DNA of 64,000 nt from an uncultured delta proteobacterium (GTDB lineage: Bacteria; Myxococcota_A; Polyangia; Haliangiales; Haliangiaceae), in assembly GCA_963848295.1 (NCBI GenBank), contig CAWKDB010000010.1, positions 2,496,001-2,560,000 of the forward strand. The letters run 5' to 3'. Shown here one piece after another: positions 42,758 to 52,248 of the stretch. Positions within the stretch are counted from its first letter, which is position 1, and every line of letters begins with the position of its first letter. The notes under the pieces were generated by a model. That model worked only from the letters and a program-made list of their open reading frames with translations. It was not told the DNA's origin and ran no database searches. Position numbers and translations under genes: made by a program.

Positions 42758-43288
42758 GTGCGCGCGGCGGTCTTGTTGGTCTTGGTCGGTGTCGCGGCCA
42801 CAGCGCACGCAGACGATCCGACCTCGACCTCCGCGACGGCAACGGCCGAGGATTCAGCGCCGACGCTCGTCGACCCAGGTTTCCACGCGCTCCTCGAAGG
42901 TGTCGGCGCGTCGGAGAGTACGAACGCGAGCTGCCTCGATCTCGGACCACAGTCCCGTGCGTTCGCGCTCGGGTCACGCTGGTCCAACGAGATCGACGCC
43001 AACTCGAGTGGATGGACCGTCGCCGGCGGCGTCACTCGTGAGCTGGGCGAAGGCTTCAAGCTCGCGCTGACCGGCTCGTTCGAGCATCTCGATGGGCGAT
43101 TCGGCGGCCGCTTCTCCCGGGGATCCGCGGTCTCGGTCGGCGCGCGCATCGTTCGCTACTTCCATTGGTCGCGTGGCCGCGTCGCGTGGCTCGAATTTTG
43201 GATCGAGAGCACGATCTGGAACGGCGAGGCGGCGATTGCGCAACCGGCAGGAACGTTCGTCGGCCTGCACATCGGGACGACGTTCTGA
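42758..43288 (+). CDS. Secreted hypothetical protein, beta-strand rich
   Basis: Signal peptide ending AHA-DD; C-terminal HIGTTF. Confidence 0.6.
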   Translation: MRAAVLLVLVGVAATAHADDPTSTSATATAEDSAPTLVDPGFHALLEGVGASESTNASCLDLGPQSRAFALGSRWSNEIDANSSGWTVAGGVTRELGEGFKLALTGSFEHLDGRFGGRFSRGSAVSVGARIVRYFHWSRGRVAWLEFWIESTIWNGEAAIAQPAGTFVGLHIGTTF

Positions 43289-43534
43289 TCGCGCGCCACG
43301 TGCGCGGGCCTGGGCCTGGTGAACCGCAGCGGAGCTCGTCTTCCCTTGCCCCACTTCGCGTACGCCGCCTGCGACGCGGTCAGGTTCAGCTCATTGCAGT
43401 GGAATCCAAGGATGCGGAGGAATCGGCTGAGCCAGTCAGGCCAATCGAGTTCGTCGAAATGTTCTCCGGAATGTTTCTCCGGACGCGCTTGCCGCTTGAT
43501 CCTCGGCGGAATTTCGGTACGGTTACCGAGACCT

Positions 43535-43571
43535 GCGGGATTAACTCAGCGGTAGAGTGTCAGCTTCCCAA
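43535..43571 (+). repeat. 5'-half duplicate of tRNA-Gly (att site)
   Basis: 37-nt identity with 50256-50292, ending after the anticodon loop TTCCCAA; upstream TTCGGTACGGTTAC is also shared. Confidence 0.92.
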
Positions 43572-43734
43572 AGGGCGGACAGCTAAAATCACCGTCGAGA
43601 ACTTCGCGATTACGGGGACATAACGTCTGAGGGCGTCTCGGACCGTCGAGCCCCGTAACGCAAAGTGGTGATGCAAGTGGTTATCGTTTTCGGCGGTACT
43701 GGATCGCATCCGCGAGGCCGGGAAGCTGCGTGGA

Positions 43735-44397
43735 TCAGTGCTCCTTGAGCGCGCAGCACTTCTTGAACTTGAGTCCGCTCCCACAGGGACAGGGCTCGTT
43801 GCGTCCGACCTTGTGCGAACGCGATGCGATCGGCGCGGCGACGGTCTTGCGCCGCCACGCGGTCCAGTACTGGTTCGCCTCACGCACGGTGGCGTTCAAC
43901 AGCTCCCGGCATCGCCGAAGTTGGGGCGTCGGATCCTCGATGACCTTACCGTCGGAGTCTTCGTGGCCGACGAGATCGGCCTCGCCTGACAGCACGGCCA
44001 TCGGAAAGAGAAACACGGCGCCGCGCTCGTCCTCGTTCCAGACGTCGTCCATGCGCGCGGCCTTGAGGTAGCCCGCGCACCAGAGACCAACGGCATCGTC
44101 GTCAGGACCGGACGGAGCGATCTGCTCGCCCTCGTTGAGGTCGGTGAGGATCTGATTGTAGAGGCGCATCGCGAGCCCCATCAAGCGCCTCGCCTGCTCC
44201 ATCGACGAGAAGCCGCGTTCACCGAAGATCTCCAGCTGCCAGACGCTCGGCATCATCGTGGTTGGCGCCGATGCGATCGCGGTCAGGAACCCCTGCGCTT
44301 CCGAGAGCTGCATCGCCCCGGGCGCGGTCGCGAGGTACTCGCTCAGGTCCTCGCGTTCAGCGCGGTCGAGGGGCCGCTGTAGTTCCCGGTTCTGCAT
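43735..44397 (-). CDS. UPF0149/YecA family protein with SEC-C motif
   Basis: MQLSEAQGFLTAIASAP, WCAGY, KVGRNEPCPCGSGLKFKKCC. Confidence 0.9.
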   Translation of the reverse strand: MQNRELQRPLDRAEREDLSEYLATAPGAMQLSEAQGFLTAIASAPTTMMPSVWQLEIFGERGFSSMEQARRLMGLAMRLYNQILTDLNEGEQIAPSGPDDDAVGLWCAGYLKAARMDDVWNEDERGAVFLFPMAVLSGEADLVGHEDSDGKVIEDPTPQLRRCRELLNATVREANQYWTAWRRKTVAAPIASRSHKVGRNEPCPCGSGLKFKKCCALKEH

Positions 44398-44447
44398 GGG
44401 CGCGTAGCCTTGCATCGATCGATCGACGGCGGCAACGTGGAGCGGCG

Positions 44448-44801
44448 ATGGCCACGGGTAACCGCGCAGATCTGGACTCCGAGTGGCGGCGTAAGGGCGC
44501 CACGCTCAGCGACAAGACGGCGCGAAAGGAGTTCGGGCTGACGCAGGACGAGATCGTCGCCGCGATCCGCGCGGGCAAGCTCCAGTACCGTAACGGCGCG
44601 ATGCACGGGAACCCGTTCTTGCGACTGCTTCGACACGAGGTCGAGGCACTGGTCAAGAAGCAGCACGGCGACGACTACCTGAAGAACCAGCAGACGAAGA
44701 CGGAGATCGCGCGCATCGATCGCGAGCTGAAACGGTTGAAGGCCGAGGTCTCGGCGCTCGAAGAGCGCAGGTCGCAGTTGATCGCGGAGTCTCGGATATG
44801 A
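44448..44801 (+). CDS. Hypothetical protein (HTH-like plus coiled coil)
   Basis: TLSDKTARKEFGLTQDEIVAAIRAGKL; coiled-coil tail. Confidence 0.7.
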   Translation: MATGNRADLDSEWRRKGATLSDKTARKEFGLTQDEIVAAIRAGKLQYRNGAMHGNPFLRLLRHEVEALVKKQHGDDYLKNQQTKTEIARIDRELKRLKAEVSALEERRSQLIAESRI

Positions 44802-45181
44802 TGGGTTCGGCCTTGTCGCTATGTCTCACGTCGAACGATGTGTTCGCGGTTCTGCCAGATCCACTCGCAGTGAAAATGGCCTGGCTCCATGCCGAATGGG
44901 AATCGAGCAATCCGATTTTCAAACAGCTTATCCAAGCTGCGTTCCCCGGTAGCGAGCGAGATCTGCTGCTGAAGAAGTTCATTACCGTCGACACCGCGTT
45001 GAGAAGACGGGTCGACGTAACGTTTGAGAATGTACGTGGTCGTTTTTCGTTTTGGAAACCACGACGCGAACACGGATGTTGGCACAGCGTTCAGCTACAG
45101 CGCTTAGAACTGAATTGGGTTGCGGCGCACGTTGACGTTCTCTGGGGTACGAACGAGGTCTCGACGATCGAAGAACTGTGA
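44798..45181 (+). pseudogene. N-terminal part of an interrupted lower-GC gene
   Basis: Ends within a 32-bp repeat; frame resumes at 46258 (see findings). Confidence 0.5.
45146..45177 (+). repeat. Direct repeat, copy 1
   Basis: GGTACGAACGAGGTCTCGACGATCGAAGAACT. Confidence 0.9.
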
Positions 45182-45239
45182 GCGTGGGGGAGGCGGGGAG
45201 CGGGCGGAGACGGGGAGAGGGGCGCGGTGATGCAGGGGC

Positions 45240-46030
45240 GTGTTTGATGATGTCGGCATATCGCGCGTGTTTGCGCGGTGTGAACGCGCGAGCTACACGC
45301 GCGCAGAAGCGAAGGCACGGCGCACGGCGGCACGGCGGCTGCGCCGGAGAGGAGAGCGCGCAGTGCTGCGTGCTGACAGCGATGTAGGAAGGCGCTGCGC
45401 AGGTTACGCGAAGCTGCTGAAGACGGCGAGTACTGTGCTGACGCGCCGATGTACGCGTTTGATGACGCCAGCAGGTGCGTGAACGCGCGCGCAGCGCGGC
45501 ACGAGTACGTCAGCCCAGCTGTCGCGACGCCGAAAGGTGTGGAGTGGGACACGACAGCTGCTGGCGGCGAAGGGCCGTACTACCGCTGTACGTCATCTCG
45601 ACTCTTCAGCCGCTACGTCGTCGGCTGGCAGATGGCAAGAGCGAGTGGTGAAGGCGCAGCGCCTCATCGCGGCGTGCTGCGAGCAGCAGCGGGTGGTGCG
45701 CGGTCAGCTCACAGTGCACGCGGACGCGGCTCGCTGATGATCGCGAAATCGACGCGCAGCTCTACGTCGACCTCGGCATCGCACAGAGCCACAGCCGACC
45801 GCACGTCTCGAACGACAACCCGTACTCCGAGGCGGGCTTCAAGACCATCAAGTACTGACAGGAGATGCCGGAGCGCTTTGGCTCCATCGAGCACGCGCGG
45901 GCTGTCATGGCTCCGCTCCTCGGCTGGTACAACACGGCGCACTACCACACCGGGCTCGCGCTGCTCACGCCGGCCGATGTCCCCATGTGCGCGCCCGCCA
46001 TCGTCGCCGCGCGGCAGCTCGTGCTCGACG
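45240..46030 (+). pseudogene. Heavily frameshifted IS3-family transposase (rve core)
   Basis: Fragments across frames: LFSRYVVGW, QLTVHAD, SHSRPHVSNDNPYSEAGFKTIKY, PERFGSIEHAR, WYNTAHYHTGLALLTPADV. Confidence 0.85.
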
Positions 46031-46224
46031 CGCGCACCTCCGTCACCTCGAAGAAGCGCACCATGTCGGCTCCTCAACCAGAAGAGCATTCACCTGCTAC
46101 GAGGACCATTCCGTACATGGGAGACGAGAAGCTCGCGACCGGCTCATGAAATCGTTCGACCACATCGTTCGGCAGCAGGAAATTTTCCGCGCTGTGTTCG
46201 GGCTGATGTGAGGGAGATATCTCA

Positions 46225-46257
46225 GGTACGAACGAGGGTCTCGACGATCGAAGAACT
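46225..46257 (+). repeat. Direct repeat, copy 2 (one extra G)
   Basis: GGTACGAACGAGGGTCTCGACGATCGAAGAACT. Confidence 0.9.
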
Positions 46258-46525
46258 CCGCGGCGTTGTCTTGTGGTTCGACCCGAACAACGAAGGCGAA
46301 CTTCCACCGGGGCCATCTTCACCGCTGCGTAACCCGAACGGCCCGTTCAAACTGATCGAGGGCAATCACCGAGTGAGCGCATGGATGAATCGAGGGCTGC
46401 CGGAATTTCTGCCTGTATCGCTGTACATCGGATGTGATCAGCATCGGGATGTCGAGTTGCGTTCCTGGATCGGACCAGTCACGGGGGTTCAGGTCGCAGT
46501 TGCGGCGACGACCTCGTTGAGCAAT

Positions 46526-46744
46526 TTACCTGGGATTGAAAGAGGCATGGACGACGTTCCCGGTCGAGTCATCTATCACGACGCGAACGTTACAACCCCT
46601 CATTTCGTAGTTGGAAGAGACCTCCCATCGCGCGCTTCGCCCAAACCATCTGCGATTCAAATGGATGTGGATCGTCCCGATCCATGTCCAGTTGTTGTTG
46701 TGCGCAATAGTCATCGCACGTAACAAAGCCTCATCTTCGGTCAC
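46526..46744 (-). CDS. Small putative immunity protein
   Basis: 72 aa, lower GC, ATGA-coupled to the HExxH ORF; MTEDEAL..A...W...VVIDDSTGNV. Confidence 0.55.
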   Translation of the reverse strand: MTEDEALLRAMTIAHNNNWTWIGTIHIHLNRRWFGRSARWEVSSNYEMRGCNVRVVIDDSTGNVVHASFNPR

Positions 46745-47232
46745 TTGTCGTTAGCCTTCGTTCCAGACACTCTGCCGGACGCCTTGTATGCGCCATAGAC
46801 GATGGCCCCATACACTAGTGAGCCAATTGTGGCTTCGACCGCCAAACGCCTCAAGCCAACGTAGCCCTCAACGATCGGAAACCGCACTCCTCGCACGAGG
46901 AAACTAGCACTGAAGCCGTCAACCTTCACTCGTGAAATAGTCTCGGCAAGCGCTTCTTCTGTGTACTTAAGCAGTGCTGAGTTGTTGTAGCCGGCCCAGG
47001 CCCCGTCGGCTCGAAGCTCGCGAAGAAATAGGGTTTTGGGAGAGAGTCCAGAATGTACGCGTTCGTGTTCCAAAGCGAGTGCCTGGTCTCTTGGACTGCC
47101 GTGAGGGGAAACCTCGATGTTGCCATATTTGTCGGTTCGGCCCTCGCCAGCTTGCAGCGCGCTGTTGGTCGTCACGCTTGGGGTGAAACGTCGGGCGCGC
47201 ACGTCCGCAGCAGAGTCACTCCCAGCGCTCAC
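46741..47232 (-). CDS. Orphan HExxH metallopeptidase (polymorphic toxin C-terminus-like)
   Basis: GRTDKYGNIEV...EHERVH...EEALAE; no signal peptide or delivery domain. Confidence 0.55.
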   Translation of the reverse strand: MSAGSDSAADVRARRFTPSVTTNSALQAGEGRTDKYGNIEVSPHGSPRDQALALEHERVHSGLSPKTLFLRELRADGAWAGYNNSALLKYTEEALAETISRVKVDGFSASFLVRGVRFPIVEGYVGLRRLAVEATIGSLVYGAIVYGAYKASGRVSGTKANDK

Positions 47233-47241
47233 CGCCTTGAT

Positions 47242-47487
47242 TCAACCTAAGAACGCCGTGGCGCCCATTTCGAAGCTGAGATTCGCGATCTCATTCACCA
47301 GCCGATTTAGGCGCTCGATATCGTACCTGGAAGTGGGAAGTCGTTCGGTCATCCACGACCGGAGTTGACCGAGGTCTGACAAGACAAGGTTCCGATTCGT
47401 CGACGTGATGTCGATGCCTGTCTCCATGAGTTCGATCCATTGCAAACGGAGTGCTGTGATGCCAGGTAGCCAACTCGGATCGGACAC
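47242..47487 (-). pseudogene. C-terminal fragment of a small lower-GC protein (possible immunity gene)
   Basis: Begins at the junction with the PIN gene; ends GATAFLG. Confidence 0.4.
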
Positions 47488-47858
47488 GAGCGATAGGTGA
47501 ACGGCATCGTGGAGAAGTCGCTGATGTTCTCGGTGACGACGACTTGTGCGCCAGCCTTCACGGCAGCGGCAGCGACATGCCGATCCTTGGGATCGTTCCG
47601 CATGGCCGCGACGAGATGCTCGTAGTCCGTGACGATCGCCTCGGGAAACGCGCCCGACATCATCGCGATGAGATGCGTTGCCTGTGGCTCCGTGATCTGG
47701 AGATTCGCGATGAGGTTGCGTGTCGCCTCATCGAGGATCTCCTTCGACCAGTAGGCCTGGTAGAGCCCCTCCGCCGCCGCTTGCAGCAAAACGTCCCGCA
47801 GATGCATGGGATAGAGGACGCATGCATCCAGGACGACCCTGAACGGGGCGGAGAGCAT
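47349..47858 (-). CDS. PIN-domain toxin, C-terminally truncated
   Basis: VVLDACVLYP..LRDVLL, DPKDRHVAAAAV, VVTENISDF; sequence character changes near 47500. Confidence 0.85.
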   Translation of the reverse strand: MLSAPFRVVLDACVLYPMHLRDVLLQAAAEGLYQAYWSKEILDEATRNLIANLQITEPQATHLIAMMSGAFPEAIVTDYEHLVAAMRNDPKDRHVAAAAVKAGAQVVVTENISDFSTMPFTYRSCPIRVGYLASQHSVCNGSNSWRQASTSRRRIGTLSCQTSVNSGRG

Positions 47859-47864
47859 CGACGG

Positions 47865-48341
47865 CTACTTGCGGCTCTTGGGCTCGTCGTAACCGCCGAG
47901 TTCCTCGGTGAGCCTCGCCAGCTCATCCAACTTCTCGTCGCGCTCGCGATCTCGCTTCTGCTTGTACGCGAGAACGTCCTCGATCTTCAGCCGCCGGTGC
48001 TTGCCCGTTCGATCGTACGGGAGCTTTCCATCGTCGAGCAGACGGACGAGATACTGACGAGACACGTTCAGCAGATCTGCCGCCTGTTGGGTTGTCATCA
48101 CCGCGCCCACCGGAACGATCGTGAGCGCGTCGCCACGTGCAAGCACTTCGGCGATGCGCGCGAGCCCGTACACGACAGCCTGGGGAATGCGATGTCGCTC
48201 CCCACCGGGACCGATCAGATCGTAGTGCGTGTCGCGCGCCGTCGAGGGTGCGTGAAGCGCCGTCGACAGCTCGGCGATTTCGGCCTGATCCTCGCGTGGT
48301 GCTCGGACGGGCTCGAGGCGCCGGATTCGCTCTGGTGTCAC
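47865..48341 (-). CDS. Excisionase-like HTH antitoxin
   Basis: TTQQAADLLNVSRQYLVRLLDDGKLPY..GKHRRL; directly upstream of the PIN gene. Confidence 0.88.
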   Translation of the reverse strand: MTPERIRRLEPVRAPREDQAEIAELSTALHAPSTARDTHYDLIGPGGERHRIPQAVVYGLARIAEVLARGDALTIVPVGAVMTTQQAADLLNVSRQYLVRLLDDGKLPYDRTGKHRRLKIEDVLAYKQKRDRERDEKLDELARLTEELGGYDEPKSRK

Positions 48342-48526
48342 TGCCAGCCACCATCTCCGTTCTCCTTCTCTGAATTCAATGTATGGCGAAATCGACCCAA
48401 ACGCAACCAATATGAAGCGTTGGGATATCAGCGGCTTGAGCGAGAAGTGGGTGGGGATCGGCCCGGAATCAGCAGCTTTCGTAGGCGCCGGTCAGAAACG
48501 TCGGACGAGCATGTTGCAGTGAGGGC

Positions 48527-48901
48527 ATGTCGACGGAATTGGCGTGGGGCTTCGCAATCGAACAACTGTACCGCGCGATCGGGATCACCGACCTGATCTC
48601 GGAAGCCGAGCTGAGCGCAGGGATGCACCAACTCGAGGCCGCGCTCGTCACAATTGCGTTCGAGGTGAACCTTGCAAGGGCTCGAGGGATCCCGCTTCGA
48701 GAGGCGGTTCGAGACGAGATCGGCTACCCGCATCTTCACCGCGCCCACGCCTCGATCAGCGACATCCTCGAAATGTCGGTGCCGCTCGAGGTCGAGGCTT
48801 GGGTCCGTCGCGTCCATGCGATGCCGATGCCGCTTCTGGTAGATGAGCTGCGCACGAGCTTGGCGCGTGCGGCCGTCGGATGCGCGTCACCGGATGCGTA
48901 G
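48527..48901 (+). CDS. Hypothetical protein
   Basis: Helical ORF with GAGG upstream; ends at the IS21 end. Confidence 0.45.
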   Translation: MSTELAWGFAIEQLYRAIGITDLISEAELSAGMHQLEAALVTIAFEVNLARARGIPLREAVRDEIGYPHLHRAHASISDILEMSVPLEVEAWVRRVHAMPMPLLVDELRTSLARAAVGCASPDA

Positions 48902-48965
48902 TTCACTCATCGCGATCACCGAAACCGGCGCATCGTGATCGCCGAAAACGGACGATGGCGATCGC
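48900..48965. repeat. IS21-like terminal repeats
   Basis: GCGATCACCGAAACCGG / GTGATCGCCGAAAACGG / GCGATCGC just downstream of the istB remnant. Confidence 0.6.
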
Positions 48966-48991
48966 GGGGCGTGGAGACGGTGCTCGTGGTT

Positions 48992-49340
48992 TTACTTCTC
49001 GGTCTCGGCCTCCTCGCCCTTTCGCTTCGACGGTCCCCTTAGCACGAGCTTGTGCGCGTTGTGGATCAAGCGGTCGCAGATAGCGTCTGCGTGGGTGGGG
49101 TCGGCGATGTGTTTGTGCCACTTTTCCGGCGGCACCTGGCTCGTCACGATCGTCGAGCGGGTGCCGTAGCGATCCTCGAGGACCTCGAGGAGGTCACGCC
49201 GCTCTGTGGTGCCATCGCCCAGTCGTCGAGGACGAGCACGTCAGCGCGGGCGAAGCGCGTCAGCAGCCGGGCGTAGGTGCCGTCGGCGCGGGCGAGCGCG
49301 AGCTCCGAGAAGAGCCGCGAGCCGCGACGGTACGCGTGGG
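48992..49340 (-). pseudogene. istB: IS21 helper ATPase IstB, C-terminal fragment
   Basis: [57 protein letters not shown]; frameshifted. Confidence 0.88.
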
Positions 49341-49781
49341 ATCATCATGATCTGGCCGTCCGACCTCGACGCAGATGGCGACGACGAGCCTTGGGAGCCG
49401 AAAAACCGTCGACCGCGAGAGGTTCCGATCTCGGACGCGTTGCTACCTTGGCTCAGCGGCAATCGCGCGTCGCCGGTTTGGGTGTTCCCGGCGTTGCGCA
49501 CCGGCAAACGTTTCGCCGTTTGGCCAGAGAACCAGTTCCAGCGCGTACAACGGAGCGCAGGTTTGAAGGGTGGCGCGCACACGCTGCGGCACACCTACGC
49601 GTCCTATTTCTTGCAAACGAAAAGCCTCGCGGCGCTCGCTGGCGTGCTCGGCCACAGCCACACGCGCGTCACGGAGCTGTATGCGCATTTGCTACCAGAC
49701 CATCTAGAGGGCGCTCGCAACGCCGTGTCGTTCGCGCCCAGCGTCGACGCGAGGGCTATGGATACGAGAAAACCGCGTTAG
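49340..49781 (+). pseudogene. Tyrosine recombinase C-terminal fragment 1
   Basis: PKNRRPREVPI, HTLRHTYAS, LGHS, YAHL. Confidence 0.88.
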
Positions 49782-49793
49782 GGATGACAACCT

Positions 49794-50231
49794 CTACGCG
49801 AGCATCGCGAACGACTGGAAGAGGAGAATGCACCCGGCTACGAACTCGGTTGGATGTTCCCGTCAGAAGCGGGGTCGCTGCGCACGCCGAACAGCATGGA
49901 CAGGGCATGGGCGAGGTGCTTGGAGACCGCCAACGTGAAGCGACGCTTCACGCTACACGGCCTTCGGTACACCTTCACCGACCTCATCCGGTTGTCGAAG
50001 GCGGACGCGGTGGTGCGGCGCGCCCTCACCGGGCACGTCACGCAGGAGATGCAGGACCACTACTCGAACGTCGGCACCGAGGAGAAGCGCGCGGCGATCG
50101 CCGGCGCCCTCAAGCTACTCGCCACCGCCAAGGAGGCAAAGAATGACGAGCAGGGTGAGAACCGTCGGGAAAGTGTGAACTCGGGTGTGAACGAGGCATC
50201 CGAGCGTACGGAGCGCTTGACGGGCTCCTGA
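49794..50231 (+). pseudogene. Tyrosine recombinase C-terminal fragment 2
   Basis: [20 protein letters not shown]; adjacent to the tRNA. Confidence 0.88.
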
Positions 50232-50255
50232 GATTCGGTACGGTTACGCAGCTCT

Positions 50256-50327
50256 GCGGGATTAACTCAGCGGTAGAGTGTCAGCTTCCCAAGCTGAAGG
50301 TCGCCAGTTCGAATCTGGTATCCCGCT
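50256..50327 (+). tRNA. tRNA-Gly (anticodon CCC)
   Basis: Cloverleaf: GCGGGAT/ATCCCGC acceptor stem, ACTC/GAGT D-stem, TCAGC-TTCCCAA-GCTGA, GCCAG-TTCGAAT-CTGGT; U discriminator; CCA not encoded. Confidence 0.97.
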
Positions 50328-50584
50328 CGACTACTTACGAGGGATGAGGCGCTCAAGTGAGCTCTCGTTCCCACCTTCACTCCCACCCGCACCGATCGAA
50401 AGACGCCGTGAGAGGCTTCGAGGTGGGAGCGAAGCCTCACGTGTCACCTGCGCGCAGCGCGTCGTCACAGGAGCTGCGCGAGACGCCAGGAGCTGTCGCT
50501 GGCTCACTTCGCGCGGCCGGAATAGTTTCGGACTTGAAGACGAGTTTCGGACCGGTCCAACCGCGACGCACTCTAAGGTGCACC

Positions 50585-51463
50585 ATGAAAATCGGTATCG
50601 CGCTGGTGTTGCTCGCGGCATGTGGCACGTCGGCAAAGCCCGCCGTCGATGAGGAGGTGCCGCCGAGGCTCGCGCACAAGCTGGCGACGATCGAACAGGC
50701 GCTCGCCGGCGGTCACAGCGTCGAGCTCGAGTGCATGTCGGCCGACTTCATCCTCGAGAACGGCGCGCCGAAACAGTTCGCCGATAAGCTAACAACGCTG
50801 TGCTTCGTCGAAGCGCCCAAGCGTTCGCTGCGTGTCGCGATCGCGAACGCGAAAGAGATGAAGGAGGCCTACGCGAGGCCGTACATGCAAGCGATGGCGC
50901 ACCACGAACCGGGAGACGAGTGTGTCTACGGCGCGGGCGAAGAAGCGTTACGTAAAGTCGCAGCCCACCCGAGCCACGATCGAGAGCTCGACAGCCTGGT
51001 CGCAGAATTCACGGCGCTGTGTCCGAAGCAGGCCGCGTTGGCCCATCAACCCGAGCAGCAGGCCGCGTCGAAGACGCCCGAGGAGATCGTGCTCGAGGCT
51101 CACATCGGAAACGGCGAGAGCATGGCCGCCGCGGGCAATGCGCTCGGCGTGTTCAGCGAGTGTGGGTTGATGCAGGTCGACGCGCCATCGTTACCCGCCA
51201 ACCTCGTCGCCCGTGCGCATCAACTATGCGGTGTTACAGGCCCCGAGCTGGTGCTGACCGCCGCCGTCGCCGACGCTGAAAAATATCGCGCGAAGCTCCG
51301 CGAACGCGCCGACCTATATTGCCAGATGGAGCCGATCGGCCCCGCCTTCGCGCAGATCGCTCGACACGCTAGCGACGATCGCAAGCTCAAGAGCCTCGTC
51401 GAGCACTACGCGAAGCTATGCCCGAAGTACGCCGCGCAAGCACGGCGCTCCGGCGCGTCTTGA
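50585..51463 (+). CDS. Lipoprotein with two tandem 4-Cys helical domains
   Basis: Lipobox LAAC; internal duplication. Confidence 0.75.
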   Translation: MKIGIALVLLAACGTSAKPAVDEEVPPRLAHKLATIEQALAGGHSVELECMSADFILENGAPKQFADKLTTLCFVEAPKRSLRVAIANAKEMKEAYARPYMQAMAHHEPGDECVYGAGEEALRKVAAHPSHDRELDSLVAEFTALCPKQAALAHQPEQQAASKTPEEIVLEAHIGNGESMAAAGNALGVFSECGLMQVDAPSLPANLVARAHQLCGVTGPELVLTAAVADAEKYRAKLRERADLYCQMEPIGPAFAQIARHASDDRKLKSLVEHYAKLCPKYAAQARRSGAS

Positions 51464-51479
51464 ACACGCGCAGACATTT

Positions 51480-51565
51480 GTGGCCGACGTCATGCGGATC
51501 GCCGGAGGCAAAGGGGCGCGTGTCGTCTTCGATGCCGTCGGAGGCCCACAGGTGAAGAGGCTGAT
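51480..51565 (+). pseudogene. Fragment of an MDR/quinone oxidoreductase
   Basis: VMRIAGGKGARVVFDAVGG only. Confidence 0.5.
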
Positions 51566-51812
51566 CGGCGATCACATCGATGCCTGCGACGAGATCGCTC
51601 CGCGGGGCGGCGACAGGTCCGGCCTCGCCGTCGCGCCCGAGCCGAATGACGCGACGGAACCGATCGACGAGCTACGCGCGCTGGTCACTCGGTACGCGAA
51701 GGTTACGAGAACGCCTACTGATTCGTTCCTTCATCACCTCAGGTTCCCAGTCGCGCCGCAGCGGGATCGTTTTGCTCGATGCGATCTTTCTCGGCCGGCG
51801 ATCATCTCGGGG

Positions 51813-51913
51813 GTGACGAACGCTGCGAACAAGGTGCTGACGACGCGCTCGCGCTAACCCCCGAGGAGCGGATGGACCTCGCGGCCGAGTTGCTACTCGG
51901 CGCTCACTCGTGA
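51813..51913 (+). pseudogene. Addiction-module antitoxin fragment
   Basis: VTNAANKVL / DDALALTPEERMDLAAELL across a frameshift. Confidence 0.55.
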
Positions 51914-52248
51914 TGCGCTCGAAGTCGCGGTAGGCGTCGCGTCGGCTTCTCGGAGAGAAGCGGAGCAGGATCCTCGGTCTTGAGCCGCGTGAAGCTACGC
52001 CGCACGATAGGCTCGGAAACGCGTGCCTCCAGCGCTTCCTCGAGCCTCTGGAGATCCGGGTCGGCGGTCATCGTCACCAGTTTCGCCGAGGCCGGTCGCT
52101 CCGGTGGTTACCATTGGGGTAGCGATCCACCGATGCTCGCGTCGGTCGCCTTACTCCCGAAGGCAGATGCGGTCATCCGGGACGAGCGTTCCCGACATTG
52201 GGCGACGTGCCGTCAAGCGCCCGACCGACGCGCCGGGCGGATAGGTGA

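Larger units (their letters stand above)
43572..50255. mobile_element. Decayed integrative island in tRNA-Gly
   Basis: Bounded by the tRNA direct repeat; integrase remnants next to the tRNA; lower-GC patches, TA pair, IS remnants. Confidence 0.8.

Noticed and set aside
47233..47244. In-frame TGA between 47242-47487 and the HExxH ORF (readthrough or selenocysteine?)
   Set aside because: No SECIS-like hairpin or Cys context seen; the shared frame is a 1-in-3 chance.
50278..50652. ORF MSASQAEGRQFESGIPL...
   Set aside because: Translation of the tRNA sequence.
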